From assembly GCA_038150265.1 (NCBI GenBank), contig JAYOTF010000047.1, forward strand, positions 1-18,164: a DNA stretch of 18,164 nt. Reading direction: 5' to 3'. A program made the position numbers and the translations under genes. Shown here one piece after another: positions 1 to 8,366 of the stretch. Under the pieces are notes generated by a model. The model made no database searches. It was not told the origin of the DNA and worked only from the letters and a program-made list of their open reading frames with translations. Source of the stretch: Deltaproteobacteria bacterium (GTDB lineage: Bacteria; SAR324; NAC60-12). The stretch's first letter is position 1; each line of letters starts with the position of its first letter.

Positions 1-55
1 ACCGCACGAGCATGGTGCACTTTGAGGTTGTCAAGAACCAGGACCTGATTTTCCG
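1..55 (-). pseudogene. Probable IS630-family transposase remnant, interrupted by the IS4 element and running off the window edge
   Basis: Reverse-strand translation of 53..3 gives ENQVLVLDNLKVHHARA, resembling the IS630/DDE_3 second-aspartate motif (hydrophobic-LDNxxxH). Only 17 codons are visible. Confidence 0.5.
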
Positions 56-104
56 CTCAGTACACGACAGAAGTCGCTAGTGACTTGAAATCATAACGAA
101 AGTG

Positions 105-133
105 CTGACAGCTCAGTGAGGGTATGGAATAAT
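105..133 (+). promoter_or_regulatory. Candidate sigma70 promoter for the transposase
   Basis: CTGACA (105-110), 17-bp spacer, AATAAT (128-133); GGAG at 160-163 precedes GTG166/ATG169. Confidence 0.4.
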
Positions 134-168
134 GAAATCCTCCTTACCCTCTTGCCAGTGGAGTCGTG

Positions 169-1233
169 ATGCCTGCACTTGAACTTGAATCGCTTCTTTC
201 GTCGTACTTTTCTTGGCACCGGAGCCGTTTGGCCTTCCTGTGCCAGTTGATTCTGGCCTTGATGAAGACCAGCACGGTAAGTGGGACCCGCTGGGTTCTT
301 GGGGTTGAGGGAACAGCCAGCCAGGAATCGAAGTACCGGCGATTCCAACGCTTTTTTCGTGAAGTCCGTTTTGACTATAACGGAGTCGCCCGCTGCATCA
401 TCAAGTTCCTGGGACTCCAGGGAGAAAAGCTCACGCTGTCCATGGACCGAACGAACTGGAAGCTGGGAAAAATTGACCTGAACTACCTGGTCCTGGCGGT
501 GGTTTACCGCGATTCTGCCGTCCCCTTGCTTTGGTCGCTGATGCCAAGCTGTGGCAATTCACGCTTCGAGCATCGTCGCGCTCTGATCAATCGGTTCATT
601 CGTATCTTTGGCAAAAGCTCACTGGGGTGCCTGCTGGCAGATCGAGAATTCCTGGATCGCAAAACACTGAAATTCATGATTGAAAATCGAATACCGTTTT
701 GCTTCCGAGCCAAGAAGGTCCACCGAATCACCAACCAGGCTGGGAACGTGCGATCGGTTTCGACCCTCTTTTGTGGGTATCCCCGAGGAGTGGTCTACTA
801 CACCGGACCTCGCCTCATGTGGGGGCTGCGCATCTATGCAACGGGCATGCGGTTAGAAGACGGAGATTACCTCGTCCTCATACGCGATCGCCCCTCGCAA
901 GACAAGAACGAGGCCCTGTTTGAGTACCGGCTACGGTGGCTCATTGAGCCCCTGTTCCGCTTCCTCAAGTCTTCAGGATTTGAACTCGAGGACACCCATC
1001 TCACCAAAAGGATGAGACTCAAAAAGCTGATGGCCGTCTTGGCTCTAGCCGCGTGCTGGGCCTTCAAGGCGGGAATCTGGAAGGCTCAAAAACGACCGAT
1101 CCCCAAGAAAACCCATCAGCGAAAAGCCGTCTCCTTGATTCGATATGGGCTGAACTACATCCGGGAAACCCTGCTCGACCCCCTCAAAAAAGACCAAATC
1201 TCGCCGCTCATCAAACTTTTGTCGTGTACTTAG
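169..1233 (+). CDS. IS4-family DDE transposase
   Basis: Motifs MDRTNWK, LADREF and the IS4 YREK signature (YRLRWLIEPLFRFLK = Y-x2-R-x3-E-x6-K); C-terminus LSCT. Start is ATG169, or GTG166. Confidence 0.95.
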   Translation: MPALELESLLSSYFSWHRSRLAFLCQLILALMKTSTVSGTRWVLGVEGTASQESKYRRFQRFFREVRFDYNGVARCIIKFLGLQGEKLTLSMDRTNWKLGKIDLNYLVLAVVYRDSAVPLLWSLMPSCGNSRFEHRRALINRFIRIFGKSSLGCLLADREFLDRKTLKFMIENRIPFCFRAKKVHRITNQAGNVRSVSTLFCGYPRGVVYYTGPRLMWGLRIYATGMRLEDGDYLVLIRDRPSQDKNEALFEYRLRWLIEPLFRFLKSSGFELEDTHLTKRMRLKKLMAVLALAACWAFKAGIWKAQKRPIPKKTHQRKAVSLIRYGLNYIRETLLDPLKKDQISPLIKLLSCT

Positions 1234-1331
1234 GTTGCTCAGGGTACAACTCCTGAACCTGAGCGGACTCTCCCACGAGGAAAAGGGCACGATCCCCCAC
1301 TTCAAGTCCGCAGCCAGCCCAGCGCGCGCCT

Positions 1332-1600
1332 TGCTGGCGGAGTGAGCAGGCACGCTGGTGCATGGCCATTTTAGCAGCTTAAGATCAGGAGCGTTTCTGC
1401 TTGCCGAAGCGAGGGTATGATTACACAGCAAACGACCGCTTTGAAGATATTTTTCAGCGAGTGAGTGTTCTCTGATTCGCCCCCAGAGAGGTGGGACAAA
1501 ATGCAAAAAGCACAATCCCTTAATTCATCAGGGCTGGCTGGATTTTTTAGGAGGGCAGGGACAAAAACAGCAGTCGAGAAAGGACTGAAGAATTTTTCCA
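1332..1600. repeat. ~270-bp non-coding element, copy A (inverted copy at 17697-17982)
   Basis: Hand alignment with the reverse complement of 17697-17982 gives about 32 differences in ~269 nt plus a 17-nt insertion in copy B. Shared blocks include GCCGAAGCGAGGGTATGATTACACAGCAAAC and TCATCAGGGCTGGCTGGATTTTT. Similarity may extend to ~1611. Confidence 0.93.
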
Positions 1601-1649
1601 GGATGGGGCGGTCGCTCTTCATGGTTCCGAAGCCCTCGCTCCCAGGGCC

Positions 1650-2342
1650 TCATGCTGAAAATGCAGGGGCGGATGAAGGGGGGTGAGGCAGGTGCCCGGT
1701 CTTGACATAGATCAAGGCGCCTTCGGTTTCGGTGAAGGGCGTGTGGGCGCTCAGGTGTGGGGAGCGGAGCCAGGATCCCGCTGGATAGGCGCCCTGTTCG
1801 TCATGAAAGACGCCCTCGAGCACATAGATCTCCTCGCCTCCCCAGTGCTGGTGGGTCGGAAAGCGCGTTTCTGGTGCCCAGCGAACCAGGGCCACCTGCT
1901 CCTCGTCATGCTGGTGGAGGGGGAGAACGGAGAGCCCGGGAACCCGTCCTGGAAACCAGGCCGCTTGTGTGGTATCCAGCACCACCGGCTGCTGATCGGT
2001 TGGCGAAAACTGATGCAGCTTCACCAGAATGAGGGCGCCCTCGGCACCGATGACGGGCGTGTGGGTGGTGCCAATGGGATTCCGGACGTACGTCCCCGCT
2101 GGATAGGCGCCATGCTCATCCGCAAAGACGCCTTCGAGCACCAAAAACTCTTCACCTCCTCCATGCGTGTGAGGCGAAAACGTACTCCCAGGTTCATAGC
2201 GGACCAGCGACGTCGCCCGTGCCACTTCCGCTCCCACCCGGTCCAGCATCATCCGGGTCACGCCTGGCATGGGAGACGGCACCCACTGGTGCGCATCGGG
2301 ACGAATCACCACACGTTTTTGAAAATCAGCATTGAGGTGCAT
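1650..2342 (-). CDS. ChrR-like tandem cupin protein (Cupin_7 type)
   Basis: Family-typical N-terminus (LNADF..RVV...WVPSPMPGV.RMMLDR) and two cupin metal motifs (HTHGGGEE, HQHWGGEE), each followed by GVF.DE.G.YPAG; GGAG 5 nt upstream of the ATG. Confidence 0.9.
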   Translation of the reverse strand: MHLNADFQKRVVIRPDAHQWVPSPMPGVTRMMLDRVGAEVARATSLVRYEPGSTFSPHTHGGGEEFLVLEGVFADEHGAYPAGTYVRNPIGTTHTPVIGAEGALILVKLHQFSPTDQQPVVLDTTQAAWFPGRVPGLSVLPLHQHDEEQVALVRWAPETRFPTHQHWGGEEIYVLEGVFHDEQGAYPAGSWLRSPHLSAHTPFTETEGALIYVKTGHLPHPPSSAPAFSA

Positions 2343-2553
2343 GGACTCCTTGACGGTCAGGGGGAAGATTCAGGGCGGTGGCTTCCAGGAGTGAGGCCAG
2401 CCGGGAAGCCGGAAGCCGTTGGACGGCCTGCCCTGCGGTTCAGATTCACGATACCATGCTTCCTTCCCCGTCAAAACCACCGGGCTCATGCAACCTGAAC
2501 AGAAGGGGGCTAACCTGCGTCCTCCTGCTGATGAACCCCAATGCGGACCGCTC

Positions 2554-3594
2554 ATGTCCTCCTCAAAATCCCCCCAGGTCTCCACCCTGCACCCTCCTCC
2601 GGCCGCTGAGCGTCTGGAAGCGGCCACCACCTGGGGGCAGGCGACCGCCCATGAGGCCTGGAGGCAACGCTGGTCCTGCCTGCATGAGGTGGAAGTGGTG
2701 CCGCCTCCGGTGCATCCGGAAGCTCCGGAAGACACCCTCCGCGTGGGCGCCTGGAACCTGGAGCGCTGCAAGCATGTGGAGGCTGCAGCCGCGCTGATTC
2801 GTGATCAAGGGGTGGAGGTGGTGCTGGCTTCTGAAATGGACTGGGGCATGGCCCGTTCGGCCCAGCGGCACACGACCCGAGAGCTGGCGCAGGCGCTGGG
2901 CTGGGGCTATGCGTTTGGCGTGGAGTTTGTGGAGCTGGGAATGGGCGATCCTCGCGAGGCGGAGGCCTTCCGGGGGCAAATGAATGAAGCAGGCCTGCAC
3001 GGTAACGCGATTCTGTCCCGCTGGCCCCTGGAGTCGGTGCAGCGGGTGGCGCTTGATGACGGGGGGCTTTGGTACGTCACCGATCCCAAGCAGAGCGCTG
3101 AGTACCGTGTGGGAGGACGCATGGCCCTGGTTGCCCGGATGTCGACTGCGCGGGGGCCCCTCTACGTGGTCTCGGCTCATTATGAGAGCGAAAGCACGCC
3201 CTCCGGACGGCAGGAACAGACGGAGCGCCTGCTGGAGGCGGTCACACGTGAAGCCAAGGGGGCGCCGGTGATCCTCGGGGGAGACCTCAACACCAACGAA
3301 CTCCGGACCCCACGAGTTCCAGATCCTGCCCTGGTTGCGCATCCCGACCGCTGGGAGCCCTGCTTCAGGGCCTTTGCCCACGCGGGCTTCACCTGGAGGG
3401 AGGCGAACACCGGGCAGGTCACGACGCGGCTGCACCCGCATCATCCTCCGGATGCGCCGCACTACCTGCTGGACTGGCTCCTGCATCGATCCTGTGCCGT
3501 GGAGCACCCCGTGGTCACCCCTGCTGTTGGCCCGGACTCGCTTCTGATTTCGGACCATGAGTTGATTCAGGCCACTTTTCGGTTGGCTGCCTGA
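2554..3594 (+). CDS. Endonuclease/exonuclease/phosphatase (EEP) family protein
   Basis: Motifs GAWNLER, LASEMD, GNAILSRWP, SAHYES, ILGGDLN, LDWLL and ISDH. The ORF is open from 2419; ATG2554 was chosen as the likely start (weak GGA upstream), so the start is uncertain. Confidence 0.88.
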   Translation: MSSSKSPQVSTLHPPPAAERLEAATTWGQATAHEAWRQRWSCLHEVEVVPPPVHPEAPEDTLRVGAWNLERCKHVEAAAALIRDQGVEVVLASEMDWGMARSAQRHTTRELAQALGWGYAFGVEFVELGMGDPREAEAFRGQMNEAGLHGNAILSRWPLESVQRVALDDGGLWYVTDPKQSAEYRVGGRMALVARMSTARGPLYVVSAHYESESTPSGRQEQTERLLEAVTREAKGAPVILGGDLNTNELRTPRVPDPALVAHPDRWEPCFRAFAHAGFTWREANTGQVTTRLHPHHPPDAPHYLLDWLLHRSCAVEHPVVTPAVGPDSLLISDHELIQATFRLAA

Positions 3595-3654
3595 AGCCTG
3601 CAGGAGGAGGCCCGGCTCCTTTCCTCGCTGGAGTCATGAATGGAGCGAGAGGTT

Positions 3655-3737
3655 CGTCCTTCTCGCGGAGGCGAGAATCCCGTCAAGGAGGCGAAGGCAA
3701 GGCTCAAGGACTGGATCTCAGCCTGCGCTGGGATGAC
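3655..3737. repeat. Inverted REP doublet (CGTC / dRS3-like palindromic repeats) between convergent genes
   Basis: CGTCCTTCTCGCGGAGGCGAGAATCC (3655-3680) and GGATCTCAGCCTGCGCTGGGATGAC (3713-3737) both fit the GTCATTCCCGCGNAGGCGGGAATCC pattern in opposite orientation, and each is an internal hairpin. Confidence 0.75.
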
Positions 3738-3839
3738 CCCCAAGCGACCGCCCCCACCAACCGCTCAGCCATGGCTCAGGGGACGAGGCGCCAGAATTCC
3801 GCTTCTCCCGCGTGCAACGGACGCCCTGAGGGCGCGGGT

Positions 3840-6800
3840 TCAGGAGGAAGTCGACGGCGCCGAGGCCACCAGCTGATCCTTCCGGTACGTCAGCCCCCAG
3901 TCTTCAAGCAAAGCAAAGAAGGCCGGCACGACCATCAGCGAGGCAAAGGTCGCAAACATCAGCCCAAAGGCCAGGCTGGCCACCAGCGGGATGAGGAACT
4001 GCGCCTGAGTGCTGGTTTCGGACAGCAGCGGCAGCAGGCCGGCCACCGTCGTCAGGGAGGTGAGCACAATCGGCCGGAAGCGGTCTCGGACGGCCTCCTG
4101 GACGGCCTCGACAAGGGGCACCTGATGCCCCAGACGCTCCTTGAGGAAGTTCACCAGCAGGATGTTGTCGTTCACCACCACCCCCGTCAAGGTTGCCATG
4201 CCGACCAGGCTGGGCATGGTCAGCTCCAAACCCAGCAGCAGGTGTCCGGCGACCACGCCCACCCATGCCATCGGCAGCGCCAGCAGCACCGCAAAGGGCT
4301 GCACGAGGTTCCGGAACTGAAAGCCGAGGATGAGGAAGACCCCCACCACCCCGATGATCAGGTTCATCTGCAGCGAATTCCCGGTGTCGGCAGACTCCTT
4401 GTCTTGTCCCTGAGAGACCATCTTGATGCCGGGGTACTGCTGCTTGAGCTGAGGCACAAACTTCTGCTGGACCGCCTTCATCAGCTCCCGCGCGTTGGCC
4501 ACTTCGGTATCCAGTGTCCCCTGTACCGTGACCGTCCGGAGCGTGTTGACGCGGTGGATGCGGGCAAAGCCCCGTGACGCCTGAAGCTCGGCAACGGCCT
4601 GCAGGGGAACCAGGGTGCCGTCGGGAGCCCGGACCTGCAGCTGGCTGAGGTCGTCCAGGGTGGCCCGGTCGGAAGCCTCCAGCTGCACCAGCACGCTGAG
4701 GGAGTCGGACTGAAGGAGCACCTCCAGCCCCGTGTTGCCACTCAACGCGGCCCGGACCTCATCGGCCACTGCTTTGGCCGTGATGCCAAAGATGCCTGCG
4801 GTGTCCTTGAGGTGAATGCGCAGCTCCGGCTTGCCCGGACGCAGGTCATCCGAAAGATCCCGGACCCCAGCGTAGCCGGAAAGGAAGGCCTGCAGGTCCA
4901 GGGAGGCCTGCTTGAGGGACGCCAGCTGATTGCCTTGCAGACGCAGGTCAATGGCCTTCCCGGCGACGCCCCGCTCCTTGTCCGTGAACTTGAGGAAGAT
5001 CACATCCGGAAGGGCGCCGGTCAGCTCCCGCCACCGCTCGAGCATCTCGGGAACCGAGCCCTTCCGGACCTCTGCCGAAAGCAGGTCGGCGCTGATGGTC
5101 GCCAGGTGCGGACCGCTCTCATACGCGTCCACGTTGGTGTTGTACAGAATCGATATATTCTGAATCATGGGCTGCTCCCCGGGCTGCTGCGGCGTGTACT
5201 CCGCATCCAGTGCCTTCAGGGAGGTTTCCAGCTGCGCCATGATCGACTCCGTCCGAGACAGCGGGGTGCCCTGCGGAAGCAGGACCCGCGCCTGAATGAT
5301 GTCACTCTCCAGCGTGGGAAAGGCCTGGAACTTCAGGAGCCCACTGGGAAGGGTCGCGTAGGCGGCCAGGGCGAACCCGAGCACGGCTCCCAGCCAGAGG
5401 TAGGGCTGCTGCGTGGTCCGCCGGGCCAGGGGCACAAAGACCCGGTCCCGGATGGCCTGAAAGCCGGCTTCAAAGCGGGCCTTGAAGGGCCCCAGACGCT
5501 TTTGCTGCAGCGACGGCAAGGAGTGCTTGAGGTGAGACGGCAGGATGAGGAAGGCCTCAATCAGGCTGACGGCCAGGGTGATGAGCAGCACCGCCGGGAT
5601 GTAGCGCAGCACTGCTCCCATGTTGCCACTGAGGAACGCCAGGGGTCCCACGATCATGGCGGTGGTCAGGAAAGACGACACGACTCCCGGAAACACCTGA
5701 GCCGTTCCTTCCACAGCCGCCTCCAGCGAACTCTTCCCCTCCTGCAGCTTGGCCGCAACGTTTTCCGCAATCACGATCGAGTCGTCCATCAGCAATCCGG
5801 TGGCCACCAGCAGTCCCACCAGCGTCATCATGTTGAGGGTGTAGCCCAGCGCATCCATCGCAAAGACGGCTCCCAGGAACGAGACCGGAAGCCCCATGGC
5901 CACCCAGAAGCTGAAGCGCAGCGAGAAGAACAGCCACATCGTCAGGAAGACGAGCACGAGCCCCTGAAGCCCGTTTTCCACAAGAATCCGGAGACGGGAG
6001 CGGATGTTGGTGGTGGTGTCGGAGCTGACCTCCAGGCTCATCCCACGGGGCGCCACCTGTCGCTCCCGGACCAGGTTTTCCTCAATGGCTTCCCGGACCC
6101 GCAGGCTGTCCTGGTCGTAGGTTTTGGCAATGTTCAAAATGGCCGCCCGTTGCCCATTGAAGTAGGTCTTCTCCTCGGGGCGGTCGAAGGCCAGGTGGAT
6201 CGTGGCCAGGTCTCCCAGGCGCACCTGCCCGCCGTTTTTGCTGGAGAGGATGAGCAGGTCGGCAAATTCCCGAGGCGTCCGGCGCTGCTCGTTGAAGCGC
6301 ACGATCCAGTCACCTCCGGAGGTGGCAAGGATGCCGCCCGGGAGGTCGAGGCTCTGACGCAGCAAGGCCGCCTGGACGTCACTCAGGCTCAGGTTGTGTC
6401 GCTGCAGCGCCTGCTGCGAGACCTCAATGACGACACTGCGGTCGGAAAAGCCGCTGAGCTGCACCTGCGCAATGCGCGGGTCACGCTGCAGGCGGTCCTT
6501 GACCGCTGAGGCGTAGGCCAGCAGGCCGGCTTCCGAGGTGTTGCCCGTGATCGCCAGGCTCGCCACGCTGGCCGTCCGCTCCAGCTTGGTCACCGAAGGA
6601 CGCTCCACCTTGGTCGGAAACGACGAGATGGCTTCGACCTGAGACTTGACGTCATCGTAAAACTGCCCCATGTCGGTGGATTCAAGCCGAACCGCGGTGG
6701 CAATGGCGAGGTTTTCCCGGGAATCGCAACGCAGCTCCTTCATGCCGGAGACGCTATCAAGGGACTCTTCAAGACGCTGGCAGACGGATTCCTCGACTTC

Positions 6801-6965
6801 CGCAGGCGTGGCACCCGGGTACGCGGCACGGATCTCAACATCCGTCGCGGGGGTGAGGGGAAAGGTGTCGCGCTGCAGGCGAGGGAGCGCATTGAGCCCC
6901 AAGGCGAGAATGGCCACCATCAGCAGGTTGGCGGCTGTGGGGTGATCGCTGAAGTACCGGATCAT
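3840..6965 (-). CDS. RND efflux transporter permease subunit (AcrB/AcrD/AcrF superfamily)
   Basis: 1041 aa with two large periplasmic loops; TM4 GLLMDDSIVIAENV and TM11 RFRPIVLTSLTT; ATGA overlap with the upstream MFP gene. Confidence 0.96.
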   Translation of the reverse strand: MIRYFSDHPTAANLLMVAILALGLNALPRLQRDTFPLTPATDVEIRAAYPGATPAEVEESVCQRLEESLDSVSGMKELRCDSRENLAIATAVRLESTDMGQFYDDVKSQVEAISSFPTKVERPSVTKLERTASVASLAITGNTSEAGLLAYASAVKDRLQRDPRIAQVQLSGFSDRSVVIEVSQQALQRHNLSLSDVQAALLRQSLDLPGGILATSGGDWIVRFNEQRRTPREFADLLILSSKNGGQVRLGDLATIHLAFDRPEEKTYFNGQRAAILNIAKTYDQDSLRVREAIEENLVRERQVAPRGMSLEVSSDTTTNIRSRLRILVENGLQGLVLVFLTMWLFFSLRFSFWVAMGLPVSFLGAVFAMDALGYTLNMMTLVGLLVATGLLMDDSIVIAENVAAKLQEGKSSLEAAVEGTAQVFPGVVSSFLTTAMIVGPLAFLSGNMGAVLRYIPAVLLITLAVSLIEAFLILPSHLKHSLPSLQQKRLGPFKARFEAGFQAIRDRVFVPLARRTTQQPYLWLGAVLGFALAAYATLPSGLLKFQAFPTLESDIIQARVLLPQGTPLSRTESIMAQLETSLKALDAEYTPQQPGEQPMIQNISILYNTNVDAYESGPHLATISADLLSAEVRKGSVPEMLERWRELTGALPDVIFLKFTDKERGVAGKAIDLRLQGNQLASLKQASLDLQAFLSGYAGVRDLSDDLRPGKPELRIHLKDTAGIFGITAKAVADEVRAALSGNTGLEVLLQSDSLSVLVQLEASDRATLDDLSQLQVRAPDGTLVPLQAVAELQASRGFARIHRVNTLRTVTVQGTLDTEVANARELMKAVQQKFVPQLKQQYPGIKMVSQGQDKESADTGNSLQMNLIIGVVGVFLILGFQFRNLVQPFAVLLALPMAWVGVVAGHLLLGLELTMPSLVGMATLTGVVVNDNILLVNFLKERLGHQVPLVEAVQEAVRDRFRPIVLTSLTTVAGLLPLLSETSTQAQFLIPLVASLAFGLMFATFASLMVVPAFFALLEDWGLTYRKDQLVASAPSTSS

Positions 6966-8308
6966 TCCTGCCCCCCCTTGCTGCCCTTGCCGCCTGGTCC
7001 GGAGGCTGAGGCGGCTGCTCCTGTGGCTTCGGTCAACAGGGCCTTGCGGGTCTTGGGGTCGTCCTGAGGCGCCAGCAGCATTCCCGGAACCGGCGTCAGC
7101 AGGTCCGACACGATCACCTGCTCTCCGGGCTGAACGCCCTTTTGCAGAACCGTGTAGTTTTGGTGATGGAAGCGGACCTGCACCGGGCGCAGCTCCAGCC
7201 GCTGCTCTGCGTTCACCAGGTACACCTGCCCGTCATGAACCGCGGCCCGTGGCAGGATGAGCTGCTTGGCGTCGGATGCCACCGAAAGCTCGACCTCCAC
7301 AAAGGTGTTGCGCAGCAGCGGCGGACGCTTGCCGGGCTGAGCCTGAGAGAGCGGGTCTTCAATCCGAACCACCACCCCAAGGGTTTGGGTTTGGGGATCA
7401 ATCACGCCGGAAACCCGGTCGATCTGTGCCGGCCACTCCACCGTGTGGGTGGGCGTCCGGAGCCGAACCGTGGCCTGCAGCCCCAGCACCCCCTGCGCCA
7501 CGGAGTCTGAGGCGACCAGGCTGATGAGGGGCCTCAGGCCTCCGACCGGAAAGCGTGCCTCCACTTCCACCGCGTCGAGGGCATCGGCGGTCAGGAGCAG
7601 CTGTCCGCGGTTGGCATACTGCATCTCCCCAATCTTCACCTCGGTCAGGCGCAGGTCAAACGGCGCCTTGAGGTGCGTCCGCTCCAGGTTGAGCAAGGCG
7701 GCCTTGCGCTGTGCCGTCAGCACGCCCCGCTCTGCCAGGTTGAGGTCAATGGCATTCTGGAGGCCCTGGACCTGAGACTGTCCGTTGAGCATGGAGCGCT
7801 CCGCCGCGTCCACCGCGTTTTGGGCGCCGGCGCCTTTCGAGGCGAGGTCCTGCTTGCGCTGGTAGTCGGCAGTCAGCAGAGCCAGGTCCTTTTCTGCCAG
7901 GGTGAGGCTGGCCTGCGAGGTCCGGTGGCGAATCGCGGAGGCCTTCAGCTGGGCGTCAATCTGGGCCAGCGCCAACTGGTAGTCGCTCTCATCCAGGCGG
8001 AGGAGCTCCGTGCCGGCCGGAATGATTTCCCCGCTCCGGGCGTTTTCGGCCAGCCAGACAACCGGCCCGGCCACTTCTGCCACCGCTTCCCAGGTGCGGC
8101 TGGCCTGAACGGTGCCATACCCTGACAACCGAGGGCGAATCTGAACCGGACGGGCTTCCAGCACCCGTACCTTCACCGCTCGCTCCTCTGAGCTGGCCGG
8201 CTGCGGACCACTTTGGACTTTGGGGGCAAGCAGCACCAGGCTCAGGCCCAGAAGGAGGGGGGGGATTCCCCAAAAACGACGTAACCAGGGGCGTGTGGAA
8301 TTCGGCAT
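6962..8308 (-). CDS. RND efflux periplasmic adaptor (membrane fusion protein)
   Basis: N-terminal hydrophobic anchor, lipoyl half-motifs (AEVAGPV..., LKAPFD), coiled-coil hairpin, IDPQTQT and LILPRAAV motifs; GAGGA RBS upstream. Confidence 0.93.
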   Translation of the reverse strand: MPNSTRPWLRRFWGIPPLLLGLSLVLLAPKVQSGPQPASSEERAVKVRVLEARPVQIRPRLSGYGTVQASRTWEAVAEVAGPVVWLAENARSGEIIPAGTELLRLDESDYQLALAQIDAQLKASAIRHRTSQASLTLAEKDLALLTADYQRKQDLASKGAGAQNAVDAAERSMLNGQSQVQGLQNAIDLNLAERGVLTAQRKAALLNLERTHLKAPFDLRLTEVKIGEMQYANRGQLLLTADALDAVEVEARFPVGGLRPLISLVASDSVAQGVLGLQATVRLRTPTHTVEWPAQIDRVSGVIDPQTQTLGVVVRIEDPLSQAQPGKRPPLLRNTFVEVELSVASDAKQLILPRAAVHDGQVYLVNAEQRLELRPVQVRFHHQNYTVLQKGVQPGEQVIVSDLLTPVPGMLLAPQDDPKTRKALLTEATGAAASASGPGGKGSKGGQE

Positions 8309-8326
8309 AAGGTCCTCGCTAGAGGT

Positions 8327-8342
8327 TAATATCAGTGTATTA
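8327..8342. promoter_or_regulatory. Candidate operator palindrome in the AT-rich efflux promoter region
   Basis: TAATA-TCAGTG-TATTA lies 18 bp upstream of the MFP start, within a strongly AT-rich island (8326-8357). Confidence 0.35.
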
Positions 8343-8366
8343 GAATAAATAAATATAGCTGACGAA

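Larger units (their letters stand above)
56..1233 (+). mobile_element. IS4-family insertion sequence, ISAba1-like (IS10 group), 1178 bp
   Basis: Terminal inverted repeats CTCAGTACACGACAGAAGT (56-74) and the reverse complement of 1215-1233, CTAAGTACACGACAAAAGT, match at 17/19. They resemble the ISAba1 end (CTCTGTACACGAC...) and enclose one transposase ORF whose TAG stop lies in the right IR. No target duplication (left GATTTTCCG, right GTTGCTCAG). Confidence 0.92.

Noticed and set aside
118..126. GAGGGTATG shared by the IS left end and the repeat element
   Set aside because: Only 9 bp with no flanking similarity; not evidence that the repeat derives from this IS.
1045..1686. ORFs crossing repeat copy A and their counterparts at 17631-17929
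   Set aside because: Frames, starts and stops are not conserved between the copies because of indels, including the 17-bp one; treated as non-coding.
2495..2545. GCTGATGAACCCC resembling the 3' half of a fluoride riboswitch
   Set aside because: The 5' GGxGATGxxGTYCxCC half is missing, and the downstream gene is not a typical target.
3636..3876. Short plus-strand ORFs starting at 3636 and 3640
   Set aside because: They run through the REP doublet and into the antisense of the RND gene, so they are better explained as non-coding repeat sequence.
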